DNA from: Laetmonice hystrix
Lineage: Eukaryota
DNA length: 64,000 nt
Reading direction: 5' to 3'
NCBI GenBank assembly: GCA_965235115.1
Contig: OZ249436.1
Coordinates: forward strand, 19,034,001 to 19,098,000
This document shows positions 41,174-54,345 of this stretch, one piece after another. How positions within the stretch are numbered: the first letter of the stretch is position 1; each line of letters opens with the position of its first letter. The notes beneath the pieces were generated by a model. It worked only from the letters and a program-made list of their open reading frames with translations, was not told the origin of the DNA and ran no database searches. A program made the position numbers and the translations under genes.

Positions 41174-41227
41174 CGACGCTAACAAGTAGATAGCCGACGC
41201 TAACAAGTAGATAGCCGACGCTAACAA
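41174..41227. repeat. 21-bp unit x ~2.5
   Basis: ccgacgctaacaagtagatag. Confidence 0.85.
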
Positions 41228-44200
41228 TTATCGTTATTCCGAAGGGGCTCGTGGAGTTTAGATCAATACAAGATGGGGCGGGCAGTCTGTGACAGGACTG
41301 AGAATGGCTGGCCGCAGCAGGCCGAGCACGGACTGAGAGTGGTTGGCCGAGGCAGACCGAGTACGGTCACCGAATACCATACGGTACTCCTCCTCGATCA
41401 AACAAACACGGCTAGGCTTTCCTTAACCACAGCCTCATGTAAATTACAACCTGTAAGCACTCGCTTTGTTATTTCGACTGACGTATAATGCATGCCTGTT
41501 TAGTCCAATGATCGGGCGCGAAAAGCGTTGTACGTGTTGTTGAAATGGCTGCTTCATGCCGTTCCGAAGCTTGGGAATCCAGTGCCGGTGTGTTGGACAG
41601 GTTGACGATAAATGTTCCTGCAGTTCTGGAGTGTAGGATTTGTACGCGCATATTCGTGGGCATATTCTGACAGTAACGGCCACTGTAGGTGAGAAAGGAT
41701 GGGTAGTCTGCCAAGGAAACGGAGACAACAGTTGATTGGTGTAAAGAGTGGGGATTTAGTCGTGCGACTTGAGGTCAGTGCCGAGCTGAGCGGTGCCGAG
41801 CCATACCGGGGAGGGCCGAGCCCAGTCGCCCCTCCGCCTACGATCGCTGAAGCGTGGTTTGCTTGGTTACCCAGGAGACCAATACAGCAGGAAATGATGG
41901 CGACCCAATTGCACGTGGCTCAATGGTTGTCCTTGTAAACATCCTCAGACCCGCCCATGTAATCTAAACGGGATGGTTCCAGCATGGTCAACCTCCTCGC
42001 CACCCAACCAAGTCATTACACGACTTCAACACCACGTTTCAATTGGTGTTACAACCTCTAAATATATCTGAACTTTACCGACTGATTGCAGGGTTGGTTC
42101 AGGTGATATATCTCCGGGAACAAGAGGCTCACGATAAAAAAACCACACTTCCACACCCACAGCGAACAATACTCCCGGGACACCAACATAACAATATGAT
42201 GATTAATTAATGAACCGTATGTAAGACGAACCAATCTCAAGGCCAAATATCATCCTATTGTATTTCCTCATGTGAAGGAGCCAAACTCTACTTCAAGGGG
42301 AATGTGCCCGCTGGCCAGTCCGTAGGCCTACGATTGTCAAGTAACATCCCTCACGGTCGACAAGCATCCATATAGACGTCAACAAAAAGAGCGCGCCCAC
42401 GTCCCCCACTACGGAACCATGGGAAGCCAGTGCCCGCCAAGATAACGCCTGCTGCCCATGCCGATACCAAATCTGAATTCAATAGGAAACAGGCCGCGCA
42501 GCCAAGTTTATGAGGCACCATAACGGAAGGCCTAACACGTGCCGCACCGCCGCCGCCTTTAAGTGCTGAATTCGCCACGTCGAAAACCTGCCTTACATGT
42601 TTACATTGCAAGCGGCGTTAGATTATTTGGCCTGTTTACGTCCGTCGCACAGCGCGCCGATTCCATTAAGTCGACATCCATAAGATATCAACTGTTTGTA
42701 ATGGAGACGACGGGGCTGCTCAGGAGACGACTTGCTTTGGCTTAGGATTAGGAATTTCTTTGAGCTCTATCCGTTGAAATGACGACATTCGATCGAATCC
42801 TGAGGCAGCGCGAGGAAGGTTACCGGCGCTGACGTCATAGGTTACGTCATAATCGTGCTAGTTTTGCACATCGGATGGCCTAGTTACGCCTTGATCGCGC
42901 CAACCGAGAGATCTATTCTGATGTGACAATTCTCATTTAACGTAGAAATAACTTCCCACTTACAGCCCCGGGAAGCAAAGTTAAACAGAAAATGTTAAGG
43001 AGACTTTCCCGGAAAATGAATCCGCTCATCAGGACAGGTTAAAATATGGCATCATAAAATGGTATGATGAGCGTGTTTCAATGTTTACATGACGTCCGGG
43101 AAAAATATCTTGCTTATCAGAGAATATGGCGATTCTAAACCATCCTAGGATAAAACGCTAATCATTGTGACTCTGTGTCTTGGCCGATCGGGCCTCCTGT
43201 CTGCCAGAATTAGTCACATTTGGCAGTTCCATTTCATTTTATGGTTTATCTGGCGTGTTCACTTGGCTGACGAGTCTTGGAATCAGACACCGTGAACATC
43301 CCGCAGTGACGACCAATAAGAAGTCAGACAAGTGTCACGTCACTATCAGGGAGGGTTGCTCAAAATGAAAAAAAGATCTAAAAGTTCACCTTGGTGCTCT
43401 AATATACGCAATCAACAACGGTGAGAACCTGCTAAAATCTGCTGGAAGGTCTTGTAAAGGTCAACAGGATGAAGGGATGTCATATTTGGTGTGCGCGGAG
43501 GGGGAGGGGGGGGCTCAATACTTGGTGGGGAGGCCCCCACTGTAGAGACGCCGTGGTGGCACACCTCACGTAAACCTTGTAAACCCAAAGGGTCACGTTC
43601 CCCTAACGTAATCAACCCACCGTTGCCATAGCGATATTGGAATGGCGTCGAGGAAGCTTGCATATTTGCGATAAATTGAGGTCGTACGAATTTTACCAAA
43701 TCGGTTCGGATTCCAGCCATTTGGGTAATAGGACTGGCCTTGGTCGGCGCGATAGCCTTATTGATTGTGAACGTTCAGTGACGCGGCGCCCACGGAGCCA
43801 CGCCGCCGTAGTGGCCACACTTGGTTGGTTACCATAGAGCCGCAGAGGTCAGCCCGAATCTCCCTCGGGAAGGCTTCTTGCCGGACCGCTGACCCGGAAG
43901 TAGATGGACGTAGCGGCGCTGTCCTTGTAAGAAGCCTCGAGTGAGTGATCAATGCCGAACGTAGCCTGACAACAGGCGAGTCACGTGACATGGCCAAACG
44001 ACAGGATGCGCAGGACAAACCTGTGGTGTAATCGTAGAGACTTGCACGCCTCCAGATCTGCGCCGACACTAAAATGGTTTATCCCACACATGGGGGCGAT
44101 ATAATGACAATGTGTGTGTTAGGGGAGGGGGGGGGGGGGTGAATCTCACGGGTGTGAAACATCACGAGGGGTTGATCACTGTAATGGCTTCCTCACAATT

Positions 44201-45739
44201 TCTTCTCGGCCGGACTAGTGACGGCTGAATGGTGTTGTAAACAGAAGGAGAATTCCAAAGTCAGGTATTGTACGTCAAGCAATCGATGTCGATTACAGGA
44301 CCATTAACGACCCCTTTACCAATTGCTTATGTTAGGATGGATGAGCGGTTGATAAGGGTGACCTCCATAAAGTCATATAGATGGACTGTTGCTTATTCTT
44401 TACAGCGGCGGCGAAGGAACTTTTATGACAACGTTTAGCGTCCCCTCGACTTTGGCAGAGACGCAAGCGGCCCCTTGACGTGAAATCATGAGGGTGGCAA
44501 GCGGCCCTATGATGCATTATCACGGTTGATTTAAGCGACCTCGTGATGTATTATCACTGTGGTGGCACATGGCACCAACACCTCTGATAATTTATCATTT
44601 ATCTTTGGAGGACTGCCTCTGTTACCTCACTGTACAAACCGCATCCATCATGTCAGTTTAATGTAGAAAGCACATTCCTAGACAGTATGTGTGTGCCGGG
44701 TGTCGGGTGGCAGAGAGAGGGGTTAATGAAAACACAATCTCCCGAACCTCCTCCTCCGTACCATTCCATTTTCCCCCTAACAATCGCCAGTTAATCTTAT
44801 CTTGGACCCAGCCCACGTCTCGTATCGACTCCTTCCGCTGTTTTCTAACCTAGAATTATATTGTAATTCCCTGGGAGAACCTAGATTAGCCAGCGGCCTC
44901 TGTCGAGATCTTAGTTTTGACAAATCGGGGCACACGCCACTGAATCGATGGTTGTTTTATCCACGGCCCCCCACTCCCCTCATCCCAACTCCGACCAGGA
45001 GATCAGCCCATCTAGTATTTCATTGTTATTGTTTTCGGGGTCTGTCAGGAGAAGGGCCCGCTGGTCATTTCTTATTCCATTTCAGGAATATCAAGTCATG
45101 GTTCTCCACCAATCATGTGGGTGTGTTTTCTGGCCCTTGGTGCCATCAGTTCGACCTGCCGACCGCTTAAAGGGCGTGGGAACCCTTGGTAGGGCCATGA
45201 TACTAACCTGGACTAGACCGTGGAGGAGACTGCAGCAGGTAGTAGAGACGATCTGTTCAGAGTTCTCTCCAGGGTCTCTGACCTGAGTCTCCTGATCTCT
45301 GCATGTCACGTGACCAGTCAAAGATCAAGGGTCATGGTCACGTCTTCCTGTCTCCTAAAGATTCATAACTGTGTAGTTTCACACTTTTAACATATCTGTG
45401 AAATACCGATACAAGCCACAGAACGACAAAAGGAGCTAATGAAGTATGAGAACTAGGCCATGGTCTGACGATATGTTCAACGTACGGTCATTGGGCTCGA
45501 CAATCCTATATCCGGGTATGCGGCGAGATGAAGGTCACACAGAGGTTACAACAATGATCGACTTTTAAACAACCGCTTCACAACCAGATTTAAATAAGGT
45601 ACGACACATTGTGTCAATTCTGAAGGTGTAAAAATATCGTTCATACTATTGCAATATAACATATAGCCTGAAACTTGTCCATATTTTCATATACTACTTA
45701 TATGTCTTTCTAACTAAAGACAGATATTATGAGCAAGCA

Positions 45740-45890
45740 TTGCTCTTGCTCTCTCTCCCTCCCTCTCGCGCTCTCTCTCCCTCTCTGTCCCTCTCTCTCC
45801 CTCCCCTCCCCCTCCCTCTCCCTATCTCTCTCCCCTCCCCTCTCTCTCCCTTTCTCTCCTGTCTTGTCCCCCTTTCTCCTCTCTCTGTGT
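45740..45890. repeat. CT-rich low-complexity tract
   Basis: ctctctccctccctctcgcgctctctctccctctctgtccc... Confidence 0.85.
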
Positions 45891-45980
45891 TGCCGTTAGA
45901 ATGTCCGTGATGTCCGTATATGTTTAGTGGGGGGCAGACTACAGTCTAACTAGTAGAATATACTCCTCGACAAGCCTGAT

Positions 45981-46112
45981 TTCAGTTTTAGCAGTCCGAT
46001 GCTTCCTGAAGGCTTCAGTTTTAGCAGTCCGATGCTTCCTGAAGGCTTCAGTTTTAGCAGTCCGATGCTTCCTGAAGGCTTCAGTTTTAGCAGTCCGATG
46101 CTTCCTGAAGGC
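45981..46112. repeat. Minisatellite, 33-bp unit x4 (perfect)
   Basis: Unit ttcagttttagcagtccgatgcttcctgaaggc at 45981, 46014, 46047 and 46080. Confidence 0.95.
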
Positions 46113-47387
46113 TTTTTACTTGGGGACTTTTACAGCCTGTAGCACAAAGCGAGGCATGCAAAGATGCACTCGTATCAACTGGTTGGACAATATTCAATTG
46201 GATTTTGTTCGTCAGTAATATGCCGCAACATTTAATTATGCAATTCGATAAATGAAATCATCCACCATCGTGTAGCGGCCACCACTGAAGTCTGTAATAG
46301 GAAGACACCAGAAATATGCCATACTGAGTGCGGTAAGCTAAATGAGTCGGAGGATCCATTTAAAGATTCCAAATGTCAGTAGTGACGATACCTAACGGTG
46401 GGCGACCGTCTGGCAGTGTGAGGACCTGTGTGCTTGGCCCGTCGCCATGGAAAGGTCATCTGATACACACATCGCGTATTCACTACCCTGGCTACTTCTG
46501 CCAGATAAAATTGGTTTCCGATGGGAGGGCGATGTACTATTAAATAAACCATATAACGTTTAGGGCCAATACGGAAGAGATACGCTGCTAGTTACTGGAG
46601 CCGAAGCCCTGTGGAAGGAACTGTCGTATAGAAGTCAATATTTGACAGAGCCTAGAACCTATGGTTAAACCGTCACTACACAACATGACCATCGATTTGA
46701 TGGGTGTTCATTTAAAACCTCAGGCTGCAAGCATGCTTTGTAATCCGTCCCCCACAGCAAAGACACATGTAAATTACAGCATCACTTTTATAATGAATAG
46801 ACTGATGCTATTTCCTTTATTGGAACAAGAACATTACAAGTTATCAAATGTTGTGTCCTTTAAAGAATCCGAACCACTTAATTATGGCGGCCAAGTAATA
46901 ATAAATGGACGACCAATGATGGCAGTCACATGGGACATGAAGAAGGTTGCCATGGTACCGCGAGTCTTTCAGCACCCGACATCTGCCTGACAACAGACTC
47001 TATGCTCACTCTATACCCATCACTACTACCAATATTACCACTAGGCTTGGGTCAGTTCATCTCGCTCAGCATGGCTTCATGCCATACTCAGGTCGTGAGA
47101 TTGCTATACAGCATCCCGGGAAATCTCAACCCTTCTGGTTCCATGAAACCTTCCAGTTTACCACTGTATAAAGATGACCTCCAAAATAAATGTGTATTCA
47201 TAAAAATATTGTCCCTGCGAATGGATATAGAATCTATGCCTTGATACCTGAGATTTTCTGTGTGATTTTCTTAGTTGTCTACTTTAAAAAATAATATCTG
47301 GATCCGACCCCCGACTACAACAAATTTACAAAATGTTCTTGGAACTGCTGCCACTCGGATCTTCAGACCCTCATGATCGTGCATGGA

Positions 47388-47470
47388 GGCTCTCTCTCTC
47401 GCGCGCTCTCTCTCTGTCTCTGTCTCTCTCTGTCTCTGTCTCTCTCTTTATCTCCCTCTCTGTCCTCTCT
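47388..47470. repeat. CT/CTGT microsatellite
   Basis: ctctctctctcgcgcgctctctctctgtctctgtctc... Confidence 0.85.
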
Positions 47471-49334
47471 CGGCTGTATTTGGGAGATCGTCGTTTCTCG
47501 CCCTGTAGCACCAAGAACCCTCCAATGTTTCAACTTTCGACCTATCACACCCTTGTGCTAAAAACAAAAAACAAACGTTTGGCTTTGACGCAGAAATAGC
47601 ATACTTTGTCTACCCGTTGGCCAGATGTTCGTCATCGTTTGCTCAGGCGTTGGCCAGACATTTGCCGGACATTTGCCAGGCAGCGGCCAGGCCCGGCAGT
47701 GAGGGAATAATTAGGCGCTTGCAGTGACGGTTCCTTGCGGCTGGAGTCCACCCTCTCGCCCTCCTCAAAGCAAACCGTCTCCAATCAGACATGCCCTCCA
47801 AATGACTGCAGCTTCCAGCCGCGTGAGGGCGCTGCCAATCACGTGGCCGCCACACAAAGCTGACGTCCCAATGTCCAGCCAGCGACGCTTGCGTCCGACG
47901 GTAGCCACTGATTGCAGCTTGGCCAGGCGGCCCGACTTGATGTGGCCGTACGTATGCAAAGGCAGACTTTCACGGGTATGCATTCATACATTGGTAAAGT
48001 CCAGAAATCTGTGCAGCCAAGCGGGCTTAACTTGCTCGATCGATTGGAGCTCCGAGCCCAGTCAGATCGAAGGGACTGCATAATTTAGAAAATATATCTC
48101 CCCACGGAAAGGACAATAGTACTGCCGAAATACATGGTCACTCATTAGGGGTCCGCCTATCCTCTGATATTGGGAGGGTGACTTACGATGGCTGAATGGC
48201 TGGGCAGTAATATAGACAAGCCATCTGGCTTGTTGGAAGGTCACTCGGGGTCAGTCGATCTCCCAGAGTTCCTCATTCCCCCGGGTGTAATCAGCGTCCG
48301 GTTCCCGCACGTGCAGGCCCTCAAAGTCTCGCCCAGTCTCTCAAAGTCTCGCCCACGACAGGAGCTCGGGCTAGAGCTTTGTCATCACTCACGTGAGCCG
48401 CTTACGTGAGCCAGTGGGGGGTGAGGGTGTTGGGTGTTGGGGTAGGATGGGCAGGTTGAAGGTGGGGGTGGACAGTCTGACATTGAGGCGCACCAAGGAG
48501 GTCATCATTAACTGGCCCCACCTGCAAACACCTTACCCTTACTCTATAAGACATTTCACTGCCATTACCTATATTCAAACCAGGACGGCTGCTTCTTGTG
48601 ACGTCATGACGTTGTAATTTCGACGACTTCACGTTCTATATACTGGTTCTGATGCACGAAGCGGTATTTTCCTTACGATAGCCACACTGAGTTTAAAGGA
48701 TGAAACACACTTTGTATTATTGGCCTGTTATCTAACTTTGCATCTGAAAATGGATTCTAGCCTTTTAAAAAAGAAACGAAGCGATAGTAAAAATTACAAG
48801 GGAATCTTGAAGGAAATCGTCCCTATATGGATAAAGGGATGAAGGCCTTTACTTTCGCACAATAAGCCATGCTGGCCGTACATCACGTCCACAAGTTATC
48901 TCAGGCCTCCGTTAGAAACAGCCCATGATAGCCACAACTTGACCGGAATGTAGAAACATAATCATTTAGCAGATCCCACGGAAAGCCTGTCGGACGGTAC
49001 GGACGGTTCTAGTCGGAGATGAGGGTTGAAGGTCCAGGATTCCGGGACGGGCGGGGTTACGTTGGGTTGAATGGTTTCAGGGTGGGTTAGGGTGGTGGGG
49101 TACCGGTCGTCGATCGAGGTCGTCACCATTTCCTGCAGTCCCGTTCAACGCCTGCTGTCTGTTAAATATTTTACCATCTCTAACGTCCTAGAGCAGAGGA
49201 TGGGGCGTGTGATGAAGGGGCATCATCTCCTAGATCAGTCATCCACGGAAAGTGGTACTGTCTCAGAACGGAAGATCTGCGTGATTCCGATTTCATCATT
49301 CCCATTCATCAACGTCATGGTCGCCTGTAGACGT

Positions 49335-49690
49335 GGTGTCAATGTCCAGCCTATCCTGAAGGCCGTGGTGTCAATGTCCAGCCTATCCTGCAGGCCTGTA
49401 CTCAGGGCTGTACTCAGGGCTTGTGGAGTGTCAATGTCCAGCCTATCCTATACCCAGGGGTGGCGGAGTGTCAATGTCCAGCCTATCCTGCAGGCCTGTA
49501 TCCGGGGTTTCGGAGTGTCAATGTCCAGCCTATCCTGCAGGCCTGTATCCGGGGTTTCGGAGTGTCAATGTCCAGCCTATCCTGCAGGCCTGTATCCGGG
49601 GTTTCGGAGTGTCAATGTCCAGCCTATCCTGCAGGCCTGTATCCGGGGTTTCGGAGTGTCAATGTCCAGCCTATCCTGCAGGCCGGTACC
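49335..49690. repeat. Minisatellite, 47-bp unit x ~7
   Basis: Unit ggagtgtcaatgtccagcctatcctgcaggcctgtatccggggtttc. Confidence 0.9.
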
Positions 49691-50223
49691 CAGGGGTTGC
49701 GGAACTTGGGTGGGAAGGCTGAAGGATCTAGGTTTTCAGATGCTATTGATAAAAAGGTGGATTGTCAATAGTATGTTTGACTTGATCAATGTAATGGTTC
49801 AATTTATGGCCAAGGCTCCACGTGACGGCCCACCGCTGGGGGTCACAGGGGTCACAGAAGTTACAGGGGTCACGTGTATCTTGGTCAAAGCAGGATCCCG
49901 TGTGGTCACGTGTTCACATGGGGCAGAACGAGGCTGAAAGATCGTCCTTGACCTCAGGGGTGACCCCAGCCCTCCTTCCGACGCGGCGTCCCTTGGAACG
50001 ATCCCCAATTATCTTGATGGAAGTCTAAGGGCAGAAAAATCTCTGGCACCACCTCTACCACCCCTACCACCACACACTACCTCCACTCCCAGCAACACCC
50101 GGGTGGGCTGATCGAGCGGCCGCGGACACAGGGGCAGCGGACGGCCATCCCCGACCCTTCCGTGGGGCGGTACGGCCTGACCGCCGGGCCCGTACTCAGG
50201 GGCTTACCACCGGGTCATGACAG

Positions 50224-50367
50224 NNNNNNNNNNNNNNNNNNNNNNNNNNNNNNNNNNNNNNNNNNNNNNNNNNNNNNNNNNNNNNNNNNNNNNNNNNNNN
50301 NNNNNNNNNNNNNNNNNNNNNNNNNNNNNNNNNNNNNNNNNNNNNNNNNNNNNNNNNNNNNNNNNNN
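50224..50367. other. Assembly gap (144 N)
   Basis: Run of N. Confidence 1.
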
Positions 50368-50590
50368 GGCCCCCGGGCCCCGGTCCTCGACCCCCGGCCC
50401 CCGGCCCCCGGCCCCCGGCCCCCGCCCCCCGGCTCCTGCATGGCCCCCGGTCCCCGGTCCCCAGCCCTGGTCCCCGGCCCCGGTCCCCAGCCCCGACCCC
50501 CGACCCCAGGTCCCCCGGCCCCGACCCCGGTCCCGGTCCCCGGCCCCCGGCCCCCGGTCCTCGGCCCCCGGTCCTCGGCCCCCGGCCCAC
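50368..50590. repeat. GC-rich 6-7-mer repeat (CCCCGGY) next to the gap
   Basis: ccccggcccccggcccccggc...ccccggtccccggt; GGGGCC-like on the minus strand. Confidence 0.9.
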
Positions 50591-51007
50591 CTAACCCACA
50601 TCCTGCCACCACACATCCTCCCATGCTCGGGGTTGAACCGCTTCGAGCGATTCCCTCACGATAGCCAGCCTTTTTTCAATGGAGAAAAGATCGCAGCGCC
50701 ATCTGCTTACGACCTAATAATTCTCCTTGCGGCCTTGCAGTACCGCAAGCACCAATCAGATTGCTCACATTCAGGCACACCAATCCAACCAGCACGGCCA
50801 TTGTTTAGAAACCAACCTCCCGTGTCACTGACACTTCAGTTGATACTATATACAGTGTTTGTCCTAGAAACGAGGCCCTCCTCGTATCCAAACGTGTGCG
50901 GAACGACTTGACTTGTGATAAACCAGGATTGTTTTAATCAAGTTACCACACACCTACACGGACTTCAATCAGCCATAGCTTTGAGTGAGCAGGGATCGAT
51001 GGAAGAC

Positions 51008-51080
51008 CTCCCCGCCCGCCCGGCCCCGTCCTCCCGCCCGGTCCCGTCCTCCCGCCCGGTCACCTCCTCCCGCACGGCCG
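51008..51080. repeat. 18-bp unit x ~3-4
   Basis: cccgcccggtcccgtcct. Confidence 0.8.
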
Positions 51081-51098
51081 GTATAAGGTAATGTAAGT

Positions 51099-52630
51099 AA
51101 TACCGTCCGCAATGCTCACATTGACTCGCCCAGCGCTAGCGTACGTACCACATCACTAATACCGTCCGCAATGCTCACATTGACTCGCCCACCGCTAGCG
51201 TACGTACCACATCACTAATACCGCCCGCAATGCTCACATTGACTCGCCCACCGCTAGCGTACGTACCACATCACTAATACCGTCCGCAATGCTCACATTG
51301 ACTCGCCCACCGCTAGCGTACGTACCACATCACTAATACCGTCCGCAATGCTCACATTGACTCGCCCACCGCTAGCGTACGTACCACATCACTAATACCG
51401 TCCGCAATGCTCACATTGACTCGCCCACCGCTAGCGTACGTACCACATCACTAATACCGTCCGCAATGCTCACATTGACTCGCCCACCGCTAGCGTACGT
51501 ACCACATCACTAATACCGTCCGCAATGCTCACATTGACTCGCCCACCGGTAGCGTACGTACCACATCACTAATACCGTCCGCAATGCTCACATTGACTCG
51601 CCCACCGCTATATACGTACCACATCACTAATACCGTCCGCAATGCTCACATTGACTCGCCCACCGCTAGCGTACGTACCACATCACTAATACCGTCCGCA
51701 ATGCTCACATTGACTCGCCCACCGCTAGTGTACGTACCACATCACTAATACCGCCCGCAATGCTCACATTGACTCGCCCACCGCTAGCGTACGTACCACA
51801 TCACTAATACCGTCCGCAATGCTCACATTGACTCGCCCACCGCTAGCGTACGTACCACATCACTAATACCGTCCGCAATGCTCACATTGACTCGCCCACC
51901 GCTAGCGTACGTACCACATCACTAATACCGTCCGCAATGCTCACATTGACTCGCCCAGCGCTAGCGTACGTACCACATCACTAATACCGTCCGCAATGCT
52001 CACATTGACTCGCCCAGCGCTAGCGTACGTACCACATCACTAATACCGCCCGCAATGCTCACATTGACTCGCCCACCGCTAGCGTACGTACCACATCACT
52101 AATACCGCCTGCAATGCTCACATTGACTCGCCCACCGCTAGCGAACTACGTACCACATCACTAATACCGTCCGCAATGCTCACATTGACTCGCCCACCGC
52201 TAGCGTACGTACCACATCACTAATACCGTCCGCAATGCTCACATTGACTCGCCCACCGCTAGCGTACGTACCACATCACTAATACCGTCCGCAATGCTCA
52301 CATTGACTCGCCCACCGCTAGCGTACGTACCACATCACTAATACCGTCCGCAATGCTCACATTGACTCGCCCACCGCTAGCGTACGTACCACATCACTAA
52401 TACCGTCCGCAATGCTCACATTGACTCGCCCACCGCTAGCGTACGTACCACATCACTAATACCGTCCGCAATGCTCACATTGACTCGCCCACCGCTAGCG
52501 TACGTACCACATCACTAATACCGTCCGCAATGCTCACATTGACTCGCCCACCGCTAGTGTACGTACCACATCACTAATACCGTCCGCAATGCTCACATTG
52601 ACTCGCCCACCGCTAGCGTACGTACCACAT
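51099..52630. repeat. Highly homogeneous satellite, 59-bp unit x26
   Basis: Unit aataccgtccgcaatgctcacattgactcgcccaccgctagcgtacgtaccacatcact. Confidence 0.95.
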
Positions 52631-52677
52631 GACTGAGGATAGGTTGCTTCCTGCCGAAACCTTGTGACGGTCGTGAT
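52628..52677 (+). ncRNA. Degenerate type I hammerhead-ribozyme-like motif (Penelope-like terminal repeat relic?)
   Basis: CTGAGGA (52633-39), AGG ttgctt CCT stem, GAAA (52656-59), CC ttgtgac GG stem III, GTC triplet (52670-72), then GTGAT. Stems I and II are imperfect. Confidence 0.3.
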
Positions 52678-52938
52678 AACTCAGACCTGACACTCGGATT
52701 TCATTACTACTGTCACTAAACCTTGTTACATCACTCTACGAGACGACACGACCACCAAACCTGGCTAATTCCATAACACAAATAGAAATTATGCTGCAGT
52801 CAATTCGATTGTCCATGCCATCAGGAAGATTAAAGCTACGAGACGATAGGAGAACGCCACCGAAGGATGACCTTGAGATGACCTACAAGTGATTGAAAAA
52901 TCATTGGACGCAAGCCGAGCCATTCTGAGACACGAACT

Positions 52939-53507
52939 GTTGTGACGCTGAGACGGACCGATTGGTTATCACGCAGGGACCGGAGCCGTTGTGACGGACC
53001 GAGCTGGTGTCACGCAGGGACTCGAGCCGTTGTGACGGACCGAGCCGGTGTCACGCAGGGACTCGAGCCGTTGTGACGGACCGAGCGGTTGTCACGCAGG
53101 GACTCGAGCCGTTGTGATGGACCGAGCGGTTGTCACGCAGGGACCGGAGCCGTTGTGATGGACCGAGCGGTTGTCACACAGGGACTCGAGCCGTTGTGAC
53201 GGACCGATCGGTTGTCACGCAGGGATGCGACCCGTTGTGACGGACCGAGCGGTTGTCACACAGGGACGCAAGCCGTTGTGACGGACCGAGCGGTTGTCAC
53301 GCAGGGACTCGAGCCGTTGTGACGGACCGAGCGGTTGTCACACAGGGATGCGACCCGTTGTGACGGACCGAGCGGTTGTCACACAGGGACGCAAGCCGTT
53401 GTGACGGACTGAGCGGTTGTCACGCAGGGATGCGAGCCGTTGTGACGGACCGATCGGTTGTCACACAGGGACTCGAGCCGTTGTGACGGACCGAGCGGTT
53501 GTCACGG
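52939..53507. repeat. Minisatellite, 41-bp self-complementary unit x ~14
   Basis: Unit gagccgttgtgacggaccgagcggttgtcacgcagggactc. Confidence 0.95.
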
Positions 53508-53924
53508 CCTGAAGTCGAGCCTCTCTATCTCCTGGGTCACATGGTATGAGCAGTTGGCGCCAGGGTAAATGGAAGCCGACAGGTGGCGCTCTGACTCATG
53601 AATGTATAACGACCCAGACAGCTTTTAGCCGTCAACGTTCCTATTGGGTATTGGAAGAAGTGTGAGACGTCCACACGTTCTCCCCGCTCGTCCACACGGA
53701 TACACAGATTCCCTTTCTAAAACCCCCGCAGGATAGCTACGGCTTTTACGTGTAATTGTCCTGTTCTCCTGCTTCGGGCCTCTGGTACATACTGGGTGAT
53801 TCGACCAGAAACCTCTTACTGGAGAAAGCCACACACTGGAGAAGACGACCTCTGACTGTCTTCAGCTTGGGGGCGTGAGAAGATCATCTTCTATCTGCTT
53901 GGAAAACGAGAAAGGCGGCACAGC

Positions 53925-54345
53925 CCTTGTCTTGAGCACAAACCCTTGTCTACAGCACAACCCCTTGTCTACAGCACCACCCCTTGTCTACAGCACCACC
54001 CCTTGTCTACAGCACAAACCCTTGTCTACAGCACAACCCCTTGTCTACAGCACCACCCCTTGTCTACAGCACCACCCCTTGTCTACAGCACAAACCCTTG
54101 TCTACAGCACAACCCCTTGTCTACAGCACAAACGCTTGTCTACAGCACCACCCCTTGTCTACAGCACCACCCCTTGTCTACAGCACAAACCCTTGTCTAC
54201 AGCACCACCCCTTGTCTACAGCACAACCCCTTGTCTACAGCACAACCCCTTGTCTACAGCACCACCCCTTGTCTACAGCACCACCCCTTGTCTACAGAAC
54301 GACTCCTTGTCTATAGCATCCCTTATTTACAGCACAACGACAGAA
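53925..54345. repeat. Minisatellite, 21-bp unit x ~18-20
   Basis: Unit cccttgtctacagcac(aaa/aac/cac)c. Confidence 0.95.

Noticed and set aside
43005-43032. CTGATGA...GAAA hammerhead core on the minus strand
   Set aside because: G-G mismatch at the base of stem II, and no stem III or NUH partner in either topology.
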